Below are positions 51,585 through 64,000 of a stretch of 64,000 nucleotides of DNA, one piece after another. Every line of letters begins with the position of its first letter. Positions within the stretch are counted from its first letter, which is position 1. Position numbers and translations under genes: made by a program. The stretch comes from Octopus sinensis (lineage: Eukaryota), in assembly GCF_006345805.1 (NCBI RefSeq), contig NC_042998.1:119536001-119600000 (forward strand), in the 5' to 3' direction. The notes under the pieces were generated by a model. That model was not told the origin of the DNA and did no database searches. It saw nothing but the letters and a program-made list of their open reading frames with translations.

Positions 51585-54500
51585 GCTACAACAAGTAACC
51601 TTAGATGCCAAGAATCCTCCTATCGGGCTACAACAAGTAACCTTGGATGCCAAAAACCCTCGTAAGTATCTTAGCTGTCCCTAATAACACTGTTTTCTGG
51701 AGGTGGTGTACTATAGTGGGTTTTATGCCTATTTCCTCTATCCATCTGTTCAGATCTTTAGGGATAATTCCCAATGCACATTTTATCCGCACTTTCCATA
51801 GTCTCTGTAATTCAATAGCTAGGTCCTGGTACTATTTTTTCTATACTTCTCGTATTAATGCTTTCATCATTGGGGACTGTAAAGTCAATTATCTGACACT
51901 TTCTATTCCCTTTATCTACTACTACCAAATCAGGCCTTCTAGCTGCTATTACTTTGTCAGTCTGAATGTTGAAGTCCCGCATCTTATATTTCTTATTTTC
52001 TAGTACTTTACTAGGTACGTGTTCATACCATTTATCAGTCTGTTCAAATCCTAGCTTACTACATAACTCCCAGGGGATTACTCTTCCTAGGTTGTCATGT
52101 CTTTTCTTGTATTCTTTCTATGCCAAGATGCTACATTCTCTTACTGTGTGAGTAACGCTTTCCTCTTTTGATTTGCATATTCCACATTGGGAATCTACTT
52201 GGTTTTTGCGTATTAGTCCTTAATGCATGGTCTTGTGCAGCAACTAACAAACTTCGTCTCCCTCTTCAGCTTTCCTTTCTGCAACCATAACCAAGTCTCA
52301 CTACTACTATTTGCTGAAACTATTTTGGGGAATCTAACAGGCAACACCTTCTCCTGCCAGTCAGATAATTTCTGGAGTTTTTTTTCTGCTTTTAACTTCG
52401 CTTGGGTTTTTGTTTTCCTATGTCTTGCTGTGACTCTAGCAGCTTTTAATAAACTTTCTTCACTATTACCTACATAAGAGTTTATATCTACTCTAGCTAA
52501 CTCCACACAGTCTTCTACTGATATTAAACCGCTTCTGTCTTCCTTTCCAGGTAGGTATATTATTGCTACTCCGGCCCTTGGGTAGAGTCTTTTTGTCCAA
52601 TCTACAAAAGCTGCTGAGTATCTAAGTAATGATACTGCTCAATTATTTACAGCCTTTACAAGATTCGGACCATTTAGCTTTGACTTCATTGTCTTCCTCA
52701 CCCTTCTGATGCATTCCTTCTCAATTTTCGTATTCATTTCTGTAGTTAGTATTTTGTCAGATTCTAATACTTCTAGATATTTATAACTCTCTCCTTTCAA
52801 TGATTTTAATGTCTGGCCACCTGGTAATTTGATACCTTTGCTGTTGACTACCTGTCCCCTTCTCATCATTAATATTGCACACTTATCTATACCAAATTCT
52901 ATGCCTATATCTTTGCTGAAGAGTCTTACAGTCTGTATTAAGGAATCTATCTCTTTTTCAGTCTTATTAAAAAGAGCAAATGGTTAATTTTTCCCTTATT
53001 ATTTCTGAACTGATACCCTGCCTTTGCCTTCTTTAACACTAAACTGAGTGGGATCAACCATAAGACAAATATTAAAGGGGACAACGATTCCCCCTGGAAA
53101 ATTTCCCTTTTGATATTAACTTTCTCTGACAGTGTGTCACCTGAGTAGATATCTACTTTCCATTTCTTCATGCTACGGCTAATTAATTCTCTTATGTTAT
53201 CCACTATACTGAATATACTCAACCCTTCACTTATCCATGAGTGTGGGAAAATGTCATAGGCTTTCCTATAATCCATCCTTGCTATTGTTAGAGTTTTCTT
53301 TCTAGCTTTTACTTCATTTAGAACTGCTTTGTCTATGTATAACAGATCATGCTTTCCTCTATCCTTCTTCCTGCAACCTTTCTGTTCTTCTGGCAGTAAA
53401 TTCTGGTTGTCAAGGTGCTTGTAAATACTTTCTGAAAGCATTCCTGTTAACAGCTTCCACACTAATGGTAAGCAGGTGATTGGTCTATAGTTACTAGCAG
53501 TATTACTCTTGCTCTTATCTTTCATGACAAGCATTGACCTGCCTCTAGCCATCCAATCTGGTATTATTCCTCCATTAAGACAATGTTGAAGTCGTTCTCT
53601 CAGCCTCCCATGTAAACTACTAAATTTCTTTAGCCAGTACCCTTGAACTAAATTTGGTTCTGGACCCTTCCAACTCGGCATTTTCCCTAACACTTTACTC
53701 ATTAATGCACTAGTGAGTCTTAGATCTGGCTGCTTCTCACTTTTTTTAACCATATTGCATCTCGATTATGATTGACTGGCTAATCCTAAATATTGCTCAA
53801 GAACTTTCTAGCTTCTTCTGCATTAGGTTTCTCATCTTCAGTACTTCGTTCTACACTATTTATTTGGTTATAAAATCTCCTCTGGTTTGTCTCAAATAAT
53901 CTATTCTATTGATACTGATCTATTCTTTTCTGTTATCTGGAGAGCTTGTCAGCTACTGCTATGATACACTGTTTCAACTCTTCTATTACTGTCCCAATTC
54001 CTTTCTCTTTGACTAAGTATCTTTTCTCGATCTTGTGTTACCTAACTTGTTCAACTTCCAGGCTTCTGTTCTACTCAGATTGTGTCTTAAAGTCTTCACT
54101 TTATTTTGTAGTCCCCTTTTCCACATTTGCTCTTTTTTAATCTTTCCCTGTGAGATAACTAATCTTCTAGAGACTACTACCCCTCCTGCATAGATCAGTA
54201 AATTAATGTCTCCTTTATTTTTAGTATCTATCCAACTGGTAACATGACTACTTTCCTAGTCATTTCTAGCAGCTTCCTTCTGATGGCACCTTTTAATGCT
54301 GACAATCTTTTCTTTTACTTCTTCACTCATTACTTCCTGCAACTCATCTAAAATCTTCAGAGCTTCCTCACTTACATCACTTAAGTCGCTGGTGCCAGTT
54401 ATCCCTTCCTTATTATTAGCGCTATTATTATTTTTTCCTTTAGATTCTTCTTTGGTTTGTGCTGTGTCTCTTATATGGGTGTTTGTCTTTCCTACTGTCT

Positions 54501-54632
54501 GGTCTTTCTTTTCCAGTTCTCTTGTAATCTCTTCTACCTCCAGTTCTGTCATTCACTTTCTTCTCCTAATAGCATTAGCTTGATCAACTAATCGCTGCTC
54601 AGTCACTTTAAACATACTCTTCTCTACCCAAA
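51585..54632 (-). mobile_element. R4/Dong-like RLE LINE, degenerate, about 3 kb
   Basis: ORF 52947-53753 RT (NYRPITCL, EEQKGC, DYRKAYD, IFQGESLSPL, INHLLF), then YKYLEV, WLQKGKLKRET and an RLE-like tail. Confidence 0.92.
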
Positions 54633-54896
54633 GTATTGTTGTTATTATTATTATTGTTGTTGTTGGTGGTGGTGGTGTTCAAGAAGACTGTCCACTACAG
54701 AATTGATACCAGTGTTGGTTCCGCATAAAAAGCACTCGGTGCCACGTAGAAAGCATCCAGCACACTCTGTAAAGTAGTTGGCGTTAGAAAGGGCATCAGT
54801 CATAGAAAGCATGTGAAAACAGGCAACCGGAGCCTGAACCGTCCAACCCATGCCAGCATAGAAAATGGACGGTAAACGATGATGATGAGCGCGCAC

Positions 54897-54979
<83 letters not shown>

Positions 54980-54991
54980 CGTGCGTGTGTG

Positions 54992-55747
54992 TGTAAGGAA
55001 TAGCTTCCTAGATTTTAAGCCAGGATTTGAAATCGAATCTACATTTTTCTATCAAGTCTCACTATTGTTGTTGGCTTTTGCAGTTAGAAATTTATGAGAA
55101 TCAACTGTCAACACTTAGTTCAGTTCTATTGTTTAAATTAGCATTCTTAGGTTAAATATAGTTTAAAAGAGATAAACTCATTACCTCCCATTGTTCTCCG
55201 ACTTACATGTAGCTTACAACATGTATAAATACAGTACCCAAATTCAGTTCTACCTCTTCTTCACTTGGCCGCCCGTCGAAGGGCTTCCCTCTTTCTTCCT
55301 TCACTTATGAATTGTCAAAGAGGGAGCGTATAACTTTCACCCGCTCCACTTGTTTAAATTCCTTTACTCTTTCTCTCTGGTAATCACTCACAGATGAACT
55401 TCACCTCCAAAATGGATAACGATAAATAATCCAACAAAATGGAAACGACAAATAATCTGAGTATAACAAGAACTCGAAGACGTTGTTTCTTACATTGTAA
55501 CTGAAATTAAAGGGCCATTCCTAGCAATATTTTCTTCCCACTAGCATAGCTAGAGTGTGTGCCGCCCTGGGGACCTTTTCACTTGCTACCCCCGGACCTC
55601 ACAAAAAAAATATATTGCCTACAGCATAGCCTACAACAGGATGGAAAGTGCCTCCCGGGGCGGACCTCCCCTACACCCAACCCCAGCTGCGCTAGTGTTT
55701 CTTCCTCTATTAATTACTACAAATAAATCGCTACAACTTTGGTGACC
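54992..55747 (+). mobile_element. Probable LTR followed by a truncated tRNA-Trp PBS
   Basis: TGTAAGG..AATAAATCGCTACA (55735), then TGGTGACC. Confidence 0.45.
55539..55697. mobile_element. hAT-type MITE
   Basis: TIR CACTAGC..GCTAGTG flanked by a perfect 8-bp TSD TTTCTTCC (55531-55538 and 55698-55705). Confidence 0.8.
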
Positions 55748-56059
55748 ATATCGTCACATATATACACACATATATACATATACGTGTGTGCGTTCAGTAA
55801 GAAGTAGAGTTCATTTGGTTTGAACCCTAACAAACACACACAAAAAGAACAGAAAAAAATAAGAAAAACGACCGCTATTTATTGACGGGGCCCGAAATAA
55901 GGCCTATTGAGGTAGAAACTCATGTACAGTTGTCGTTTTGTCCCCAGACGATAAAATTGTTTTCCTTAATGGCATGTCCATTTTGGAGAATTTTGTCCAC
56001 CTCCCATCATCGTTTGATAACTGATGTGCTTCAACTAGCGGTTCGACAAAAGAAATCGA

Positions 56060-56296
56060 GGTACTACTAGCGAACAGTGGTCCCGGTACGCGCACACGCA
56101 CATCCGCGCTAGCTAGTCGTAAGTAGTCGATCCTAAATAAGTTTTTAAAATAAGTAAATAATTATTTTTATAAACAAACTAAGGTTAGGGTTAGGATTAG
56201 GTTTAGGGTTAGGGTTAAAAAGTCGTTGTAGGATCGACTACTTACGACTAGCTAGCGCGGATGCGCGCACCGGGACCACTGTTCGCTAGTAGTACC
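56060..56296. mobile_element. Mutator-like MITE with internal telomeric-type repeats
   Basis: About 70-bp TIRs GGTACTACTAGCGAACAGTGGTCCCGG..; 9-bp TSD AGAAATCGA/ATAAATCGA; internal ggttagggttaggattaggtttagggttagggtt; inserted in a SINE. Confidence 0.8.
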
Positions 56297-57090
56297 ATAA
56301 ATCGATAGATAAGTACTAGGCTTTACAAAGAATAAGTCCTGAGATCGATTTGTGTGACTAAAAAAACCTCTTTAAGGTGGTGCTCCACCATGGCCGCAGC
56401 CAAAAGACTGAAACAAGTAAAAGAATAAAAGGAGAAATATATATATACACATATACATACACACCATAACTGAGGTTGGTATGATCAACGAAATCACAAG
56501 CGATACTGAGAACATTGCCTTCAAAAATTTCGGTGCTTGTTTTATCAAATTTATTCGTCTTATCACTAAGTTACGAGTTACATAGAGACGCATATAAAAT
56601 ATCGGTTGGTAATGTAAATATAACACACACATGTGTTTATTATTATCCTTATCGATCTAACAACAGTATTTCACGTTTCAACGAGTTCTTCTGACAGAAT
56701 AGTTTACCTCAGAAATCAATGAGACAGAGAGTCTGGGAATAGTTTATACGAGAGATATGATATTACATAGAAAGACAAGACAACTCTTGTAGAGAATACT
56801 TATAGTTACGTACTATTGGTTCTTCCCACCAATGAAATATCAAGTAACACTTACACTACTACCAAACTATTAAATATGCAACCAATCAACAACGTTGCCT
56901 ACATATTTTATGCAACATTTTCTACTGCAACTCTGGGAGAGTCTATTGTTATTGTGTAGTGGGTACCACAGCTTTTCCCAATGTTGACATTTCTTGTTTG
57001 TACATAAAGCAAAATAAAATTGATGATAGATATATATATAATACACAAACATCATATTTATATATTGTACATAAACACACACTATATATA

Positions 57091-57136
<46 letters not shown>

Positions 57137-57579
57137 TATGTATAAAGATCTAAATTAATATAGTTGTAATTTAACAATTAAAATTTTATATATTCAAAAT
57201 ATGTAATTACATATTTATCTTTTGTTATCTTACCGTTTTACCAATAAATTACATATTTATATATAAATGAATGTCTGAGTGCCCGCGCGTGTTTTTATGT
57301 ATATTTACAATTGATTTCTTTTTAATGAGAGAAATATCTTGAAAATATTTGTTGTAAAATTAAACGTGGGGGGAAAAACTCATGGGATTGTAAATAGCCC
57401 AGGAGTTATAAGGAAAACTGGAGACAGAAAACAAACGGGTAGAAAAAAAAATGTTTCGTACACGTGCTTTTGTTTAATGTTGACGATTTTGTGACAAGCT
57501 CTCTTGTGGAAGCTAGCAACACTGAACCGTCAAAAAAACATTTTTAGGTAGTTCATGATACAAGGGTACCTCAAAAGGT

Positions 57580-57763
57580 GAAAGATATGCAAATAATCGA
57601 TAAAGAATCGATTAAATAGGAAGAAATTTCGGTGATCGCGGCTGCGCAATGCTTAAATTCAAGTGTTGGCGCCCATTTCCGGCATTGGTTCACATGGTTG
57701 AATCCAATTTTAGCAAGCTCCTGCTGCCGAGAAAAAAAAAATATAGGTCTCTGTTCCGCAACG
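57580..57763 (+). promoter_or_regulatory. Probable promoter / 5' UTR of a second gene
   Basis: Locally GC/CpG-richer island with ATGCAAAT, GCGCCCATTTCCGG (YY1/ETS-like) and ATTGG/CCAAT motifs. Confidence 0.4.
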
Positions 57764-57821
57764 ATGGATCAAATACCGGCTGTTATGGACAGACACCTGG
57801 ACGTAATTCAGCATCGTAAAG
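57764..57821 (+). CDS. Probable first coding exon of an unidentified gene
   Basis: acgATGG Kozak context; MDQIPAVMDRHLDVIQHRK(G); consensus donor AAAG|gtaagt; no downstream exon identified. Confidence 0.5.
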
Positions 57822-58085
57822 GTAAGTAGTGATTTTACTGATAGAAATAGAAAAATTTAGTACCTATGAAGCATTTAATTTAGTTGTGCAATTAAGTAAA
57901 TTGTAAAGTGTCATGGAAGCTAGTTAAGTCTGTCGTTGGACGATTCAGACGACTTCGTTCGCACATCATTTATCGACATATATACATCTCTGATATAATG
58001 TTTTCTTTCTTAGAGTGGTCAGTATATCTGTGAACTCAACTTTTTCGTTATACGTCTTATTGTAATTGTTTTAACGAACCAAAGT

Positions 58086-58169
58086 GATTTAACAGCATGT
58101 CGTAGATGGGTCTTTCCAAAAAATTATATAGATATCTTCCAAGACCCATCTACGACATGCTGTGAAATC
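58086..58169. repeat. Perfect 23-bp inverted repeat hairpin
   Basis: acagcatgtcgtagatgggtctt (58092-58114) / aagacccatctacgacatgctgt (58141-58163), 26-nt loop. Confidence 0.9.
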
Positions 58170-61100
58170 CACTAACTTTGCATTATAAATTTGTGTTTGT
58201 ATGCTTGAATGACATACGTAAAGATAATTCTCAATGAATTGAAGTACATCGTCGTGGCTAGGTGTGTTTACAAGAAGTTCTACTTCACGAACTAATTGTA
58301 TAAAGAACTCAATACTTAGTATATAGCCAATCTATTCACAGTACCTTATCTAGAGACATGTTAGAGTGGTGGCTATAATGGTCAAAGCGAATAAAAATAA
58401 AGGAACACCAGCAGAGTTGTAAAAGTTTGATGGGTGAAGTAATGACAGGGAAATCCCAAACATATGCGTATATACATACACCAGCTCATATACATTGATA
58501 TAATCGATCGATCTGCTAGAAACCATAACCTTAATTGTGACTCATATAGCTGAAGCAACAGAATAAAAAGTGATAGTGATGAAGTAGATACCACCACTTA
58601 GCTAAGAAAGAATAATGCATCACTAGTTTCCTCGATACTGTTGTAATAGATATAAAATGTATATGTGTGTGTACTCACTGAATGTTTGTAAAACAGAATG
58701 AGATGTTTGGCCTTAGAAACCTGCTGTCCGTGACCATCCCGTGTATTTAATATTAGGTTCTTCCCTCTTTTAGACGATGGTGCTTTAAATTTAAATGGAG
58801 ATTTTGGTTGGTATTTCTAGCATGTTGTATGATTACGTAGAGGCTTCCTCGTGTCTTCTTCCCGAAAGAACACAAAGTAGAAGAGTATGAAAATAGATGT
58901 GAATTTCTTCAAACGATTCCTGTGGTTCCAAAGCTAACTGGGGGATATTAGTTCTGAATGAGAAGTAAATGTCCCACATCTTATCTTTTCATAGTCGATT
59001 ATTTGGTACTACTTAATTACAGAGGTCCTTAAAAATTAACCCTACGAGACCTGTATTTAAGTAATGCCGATCCCCCCCCCTTTTTTTTTTAAATGATTTT
59101 AAACTATTAAATGCTTATTTACCTAGAAGTCAATTTACTTCGAAATATAGGTACTCCATCGTTTTACACGTTTATGGAACTAAAATAGGCAGTGTTATCT
59201 TGTATTCTAAATATTTCTGACCTTTAATTTTGTTTAAAAATTAGTTATCAGTAAAGATAATTTGAAGTAGTATACTAGAGATAGATGTTTAACATTTATC
59301 TAGATCTTCGTGATAATTTTATAATCTTCTTTAACGCTGTGCCAGTCTACTGGTGACGATTTTCTCTCTTAAAGAATCCGTTACTGCCTTAGAAATAAAT
59401 AGTTCCTACAATGAATACAGTCAAGTCTTGCTTGATATTGAAAAAATTTCGGTAGAAAAGTACTAAGTTCATATGAAGATATTTAGATATTCGCTGTGCT
59501 ATGTTTGTAGATATAATTTCATTAGTTTTCATTAATCTTTCTTTTTTTTTTTTTTCATCGAAAAACTTGAGTTAATTGATAATTTGATTCCGTATCAAGC
59601 TTCAGTTTTTAGCCGGGATTAGTGCTTCTTAAAAGTTTGCTTTTTCAGTACATCATACAAACTGGAAAAAAAAAAACATCAAAAGCTTATTGTCTACACA
59701 ATACCTCTATTGTATTCTTCGTCATTTTAATGTCCAATATAATTCGTATAATCCCAAGAGCCACTTCACTCATGTCCTGGACAAGCCATGTGGATGCTCT
59801 GTGGTTCTTCGATATGCTAGAAATAGTAGCCAAATCTCGATCAAATTACATTCCACTGTCATACACTCTATTTCTTCAAAAGACAGGATGGTCATGGCAG
59901 GAATGCCTTTTATCTTGGGTCCTCATAGTTCTTATTGGTTGTTGTCGATGCTAAGCAGTTTCGCTCATATTGTTAGAACTTTTTAACCACTCGATTTGAC
60001 ATAGCTTGTGGTTCATACATCGTCCTTTGTCATTCTGCTTCAGATTTTTTTGTTGTTTTTCTCTATGTAGAAAACCGAAATTGTCTTACCACTGTTCTTC
60101 GTATCTGCATGAAGGGTGAAGGAGTGTGTGCGAGAGAGAGAGAGAGAGAGCTATGTTCTTATACTTCTATGTAAAATATGAGTGTAGTCATTGCCAAACG
60201 TTTAAGTTTGCTTCATAATGAGGTTCCAGTTTCAATCCACCTACGTGGAATTTGGGGCAAATGTCTTCTAATAGGCTCTGTAAGTGAAATTGGTTAGACG
60301 GAAACTGTGCGGAAGCTCGTTGGATGAACTGCTCTTGTAATTGAAAAGGTCAGCCTTGTCACACTGTGACATGGTAATTCTGTTTGAACATTGTATGAAG
60401 AGTACAAGTTTTTGTGGCATATTCAGCGACTTGCATTATAAATTCAGTGTTGAAAGCTCTCTTACTGAACAACGCTAATACCCTTCGTCGAAACTGATGC
60501 AAGTTCCAGCGCGCACACACGCGCGTTTGATATACAAACATAAGAAAAAGTAATCTACGTTAATTTATATAGTTATTAAAATCTGGGATTTTCACTGTTG
60601 CTTCTCACTTTTGCTACGAAATTTGGTAAAAAAAATATTTGTAGATGACAATTGCCCATTAGGATAGTTTGTGAAAGGTAAAAACTAAGGGTGGAGGTAA
60701 AGAATACGCACGCCATCCGTTTTCGGCGTAACCCTAACCACCGGGTGTGAGTATTCTTTATCTTCGCCGAAATTAAGACCAAAAAATGTACAATAGGCAA
60801 AGTCTGAGCCTTGGAGGGTCTAAAAACGATTGGAAATTCACAAGAAATACAGTAAAAAAGAGATGCCAGGCACGTAAAGACATTCTGCATGGTTAAGAAG
60901 CTTGCTTCCCAACCATGTGCTTTTAGGTTCAGTCCCGCTGCGCGGCACCTTGGGCAATTATTTTTTTACTATAGCGCTAGTGTTTTGAGTGGATTTGGTA
61001 GATGGAAATCGAAAGAATATTTTAATTTAAAAGTATATTCTTTTTAGTCATTGGAGTGCGGCCATGCTGGGGCACCGCAGCTCCAGCGACTATGAACAGA

Positions 61101-61579
61101 TCAATCAATTTATCTAATTGTCTTATAGAAAAACGTTTTTATCGAACAAAGGAGGAAAGATGAAAAAAATGGTGGTTGGTGGCGCGAGGTATGGATGATG
61201 TTAAAAATGTTTTGTTTTTTTCTAGAATAATTATATATATATATATATAGGTTATATAAACATTAAAAAAAAAGCGCAATGAAGTGTTAAGAAATTTGAT
61301 AAATGTGGATTTTAAAAATATTTTTGTAAAATGGGAAATTACAAGTGTTTCGGAATGTGTAGTATTGTAAAATGATAAAAAATACCGAAACAAAAATTTA
61401 ATCGTGACTGATATTCATTCCAAGGGGGTAAGAAGTTTGATAAAAAGTTAGAAATCTTTATTATTTTTAAAGGCCAATTACATGTGCTTTATAATGTGAA
61501 ATAGGTGATCTTTGGTCTGCAGATATGTTCCTAAAACCAAAGATCGCCGCGAGATACAAAATTCGTCATATTCTATCTT

Positions 61580-61905
61580 TTACTTGTTTCAGTCATCAGA
61601 CTGCAGCCAAGCTGGGGCAATGCCTTGAATTTTAATCAAGCGAAACGACTCCAGTATTCTTTTAAAGTTTGGTACTTATTCTATCGGGTCTTTTTGACGA
61701 ACCGCTAAGTTACGGAGACAAAAACACATCGGTTGTCAAGCAGTGGTGATGGACCGAATTTTTTTCAGTTTCGGTCTATCAAATCCATTCATGGTTTTTT
61801 GGTTGGTCCGCAGTTATAGTAGAAGACACTGGCCCAAGGTGCCACAGCAGTAAGGACTGAACTCTGAGCCATGTGGTTAGGGAAGCAATCTTCTTACCAC
61901 ACACT
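61580..61905. repeat. Composite SINE cluster
   Basis: SINE body as at 45960-46150 joined to a minus-strand tRNA-like SINE head (as at 22297). Confidence 0.65.
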
Positions 61906-64000
61906 AATATATCCGTGTGTGTTTGTTTAGAACATTCCAGTCGGCATGACTATTGAGTCTTTTTTCCAATTACTGCATTTGGGATCACATTTTTCAGTTT
62001 CTGTTTTATTTTTCAAGACTATACGGTATGATTTGAGAGCGATTTGGCTGCTATTTCTAGCATATTGAGTGACCACGTTGCTGCTTATTTTCTTAGCTGT
62101 GGCTATATGAGTAAGCAAACAATGTAACTATGTCTAAACCTTCAATTTTTCCTGAAAGTGTCAATTACTTTGCTTTATCGATATATTTTCTACGTATAAC
62201 AACTTATATGTTTTGTGCGACTCTTGTTTTATAGAATTCATTTTAACTTTTCCTTACAACTCTATTAGATCTTCGGTTCCAAGTTTTATCTCAAGTATGT
62301 ATTATTGAATAAAAAAAAAACTGTTTCTCGACTCTCCAAAACGAACCAAAGAGGGGTCCCATCAGGAACCCCAACCATCGGCCGTGGATCGTTTTGGTAC
62401 TGAGCCGCACAGAAAGAATTAAAAATTTTATTTTATTGACTCTCACAGTCAACAGGGTGTTTGTATTATGTAATAATTAAATTATTATGCATTTAATGTT
62501 TTATGTGCGTCATCCTCCGGTTTGTGAAAAAATAATCTTGCATGAAATCTGCCCGTGGTGCAGAAAAAGTTGGGGACCGCTACTGGACATGATGGCTCAA
62601 CCCAGTAGAAATAGCAGAGAAATCTATTAGAGGAAAGACATTAAATGATACAGACCGCTGCCTGACAAAACGTGCGATGATCACGGTTATAATGTCATTG
62701 ATCATATGTCGACTGGATTAGCTTTTCTATCCTGGGATTAAAAAATATTTTTTTGTGACAAATAATTTACATAGCTAAAATGTCACTCGTTTCGAATGAG
62801 TCTCTTATTCAGTTTTCCCATTGAAAATAGTCGAGAAGTAAAGAATCTATTTCCAGGAGGTTCTATGTAAGGTAACATCTCTCATTAGCCATCCCTACAA
62901 AATTCTCTAGTACATAACGAATCAACTTTGCTCTTACACGGTAAAGCATATTCATTCCTTTCGCGATACCGTTATGGTTCTTGTCCTTATTTCTTGGGCA
63001 AGACTTGCTGTTTCATCTCAAATTTTTTACTAAGAATACATGCCCCATTACACATACGCATTCTCTCTTTCTCTTCATTCATGAGTTGCCAAATTATTCT
63101 CTTAAACCGGTTAGACGCTTTGAGGCAAATGGCTGATTAACTTGATAATTTATTTGAATTTAATGAATTTAACATTTGCTTCACTTGTAAATTTGAAACT
63201 ACTTCATTAACTGTATGTACTAATAACATGCTCACGGCATCAATGTGAGAACATGTAAAGGAAGGAAAATGATGTATTAGTACTGATAAAGTATAGTTGT
63301 TGCCTTGGCTTGTCTTGATCGAGTAGACCAATGCACGTGGTACTCCAAAAACACTTTGCCTCTGCTTAGTGTAAAACTTAGATTGCTATCTAAAGTTTTT
63401 TTTTTACTTTGTCGTTCAGTACATCACCTATCAGAAGTATCTAAATTTGTCATTAGACCATTTGAATTATTTCTCTTTCTTTTAAACTGTAGTACCTTAT
63501 GCAATAGGATTCGTTTTTATCGTAATTGGAGTGAATTTTAGCGTCGTCGTTCAGTTCCTATTTTACCGTCGTATAAGAACAAATGAAAGATATATTTTCA
63601 TTATTGAATTCTTTCGTCTAAAGCACATTTTAAATCATTTTAAGCTCAAAGCCAACTACTTTTAAGTTTAGTCGATTGTATATTGATCTTAGTTTTTGAC
63701 GGCTACTTTATTTTATCTACCTCACATGAAAGGCAAATCTAAACTCCACGGGATTTGAACTAGGAAAGTTGCAAGCCAGAAGAAATATCATAAGGCATTT
63801 TTCCGACGCTCTAAATTTTCTGCCAATCGACTGCTCTTAACGCGCATTTTAAAATAATGCGAAGTCCTGAGTGGGCATCAACATTTATTTCACTTCCAAT
63901 CCCACTAAATATGGAAGAAATTACTGCTGAGGTTCACCGCTGCAATAAGTATATCCTGCAAAACCTACTAAACGGGCTATTTGGCTTGTTGCTCGACACA

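Noticed and set aside
51580-51662. 42-bp direct repeat
   Set aside because: Duplicated 3' end of the adjacent LINE; two units with no spacer, so not CRISPR-like
62800-63541. Short ORFs and an acceptor-like cttattcag as candidate exon 2 of the 57764 gene
   Set aside because: The required phase gives a stop within ten codons and there are no recognisable domains

Overview
AT-rich, microsatellite-dense animal genomic DNA. The SINE/LINE/Penelope repertoire and the (TA)n, (TAA)n and (TACA)n load suggest a coleoid cephalopod such as Octopus (inference, not verified). One complete host gene can be read by hand: a 4-exon intracellular lipid-binding protein (FABP/CRBP/CRABP family) on the + strand at 13489-13570, 19511-19689, 21199-21309 and 25094-25144, giving 140 aa. 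A probable first coding exon of a second, unidentified gene lies at 57764-57821. The rest is mostly transposon debris: Penelope-like elements, R4/Dong-like RLE LINEs, CR1/L2, L1/Tx1 and RTE fragments, mariner DD34D, a DD37D element, hAT, Helitrons, MITEs, LTRs with a tRNA-Trp primer site, and tRNA-derived SINEs. Two observations stand out. (1) About ten minimal type-I hammerhead-ribozyme-like motifs from roughly eight sequence families, several inside short units flanked by (TA)n/(CA)n tracts. (2) The lipid-binding protein has Lys/Ile/Phe at the canonical Arg/Arg/Tyr carboxylate-binding positions, which parallels engineered retinal Schiff-base 'rhodopsin mimic' CRABPII/CRBPII mutants. Most ORFs in the supplied track are microsatellite artefacts. 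All alignments and folds were done by eye.
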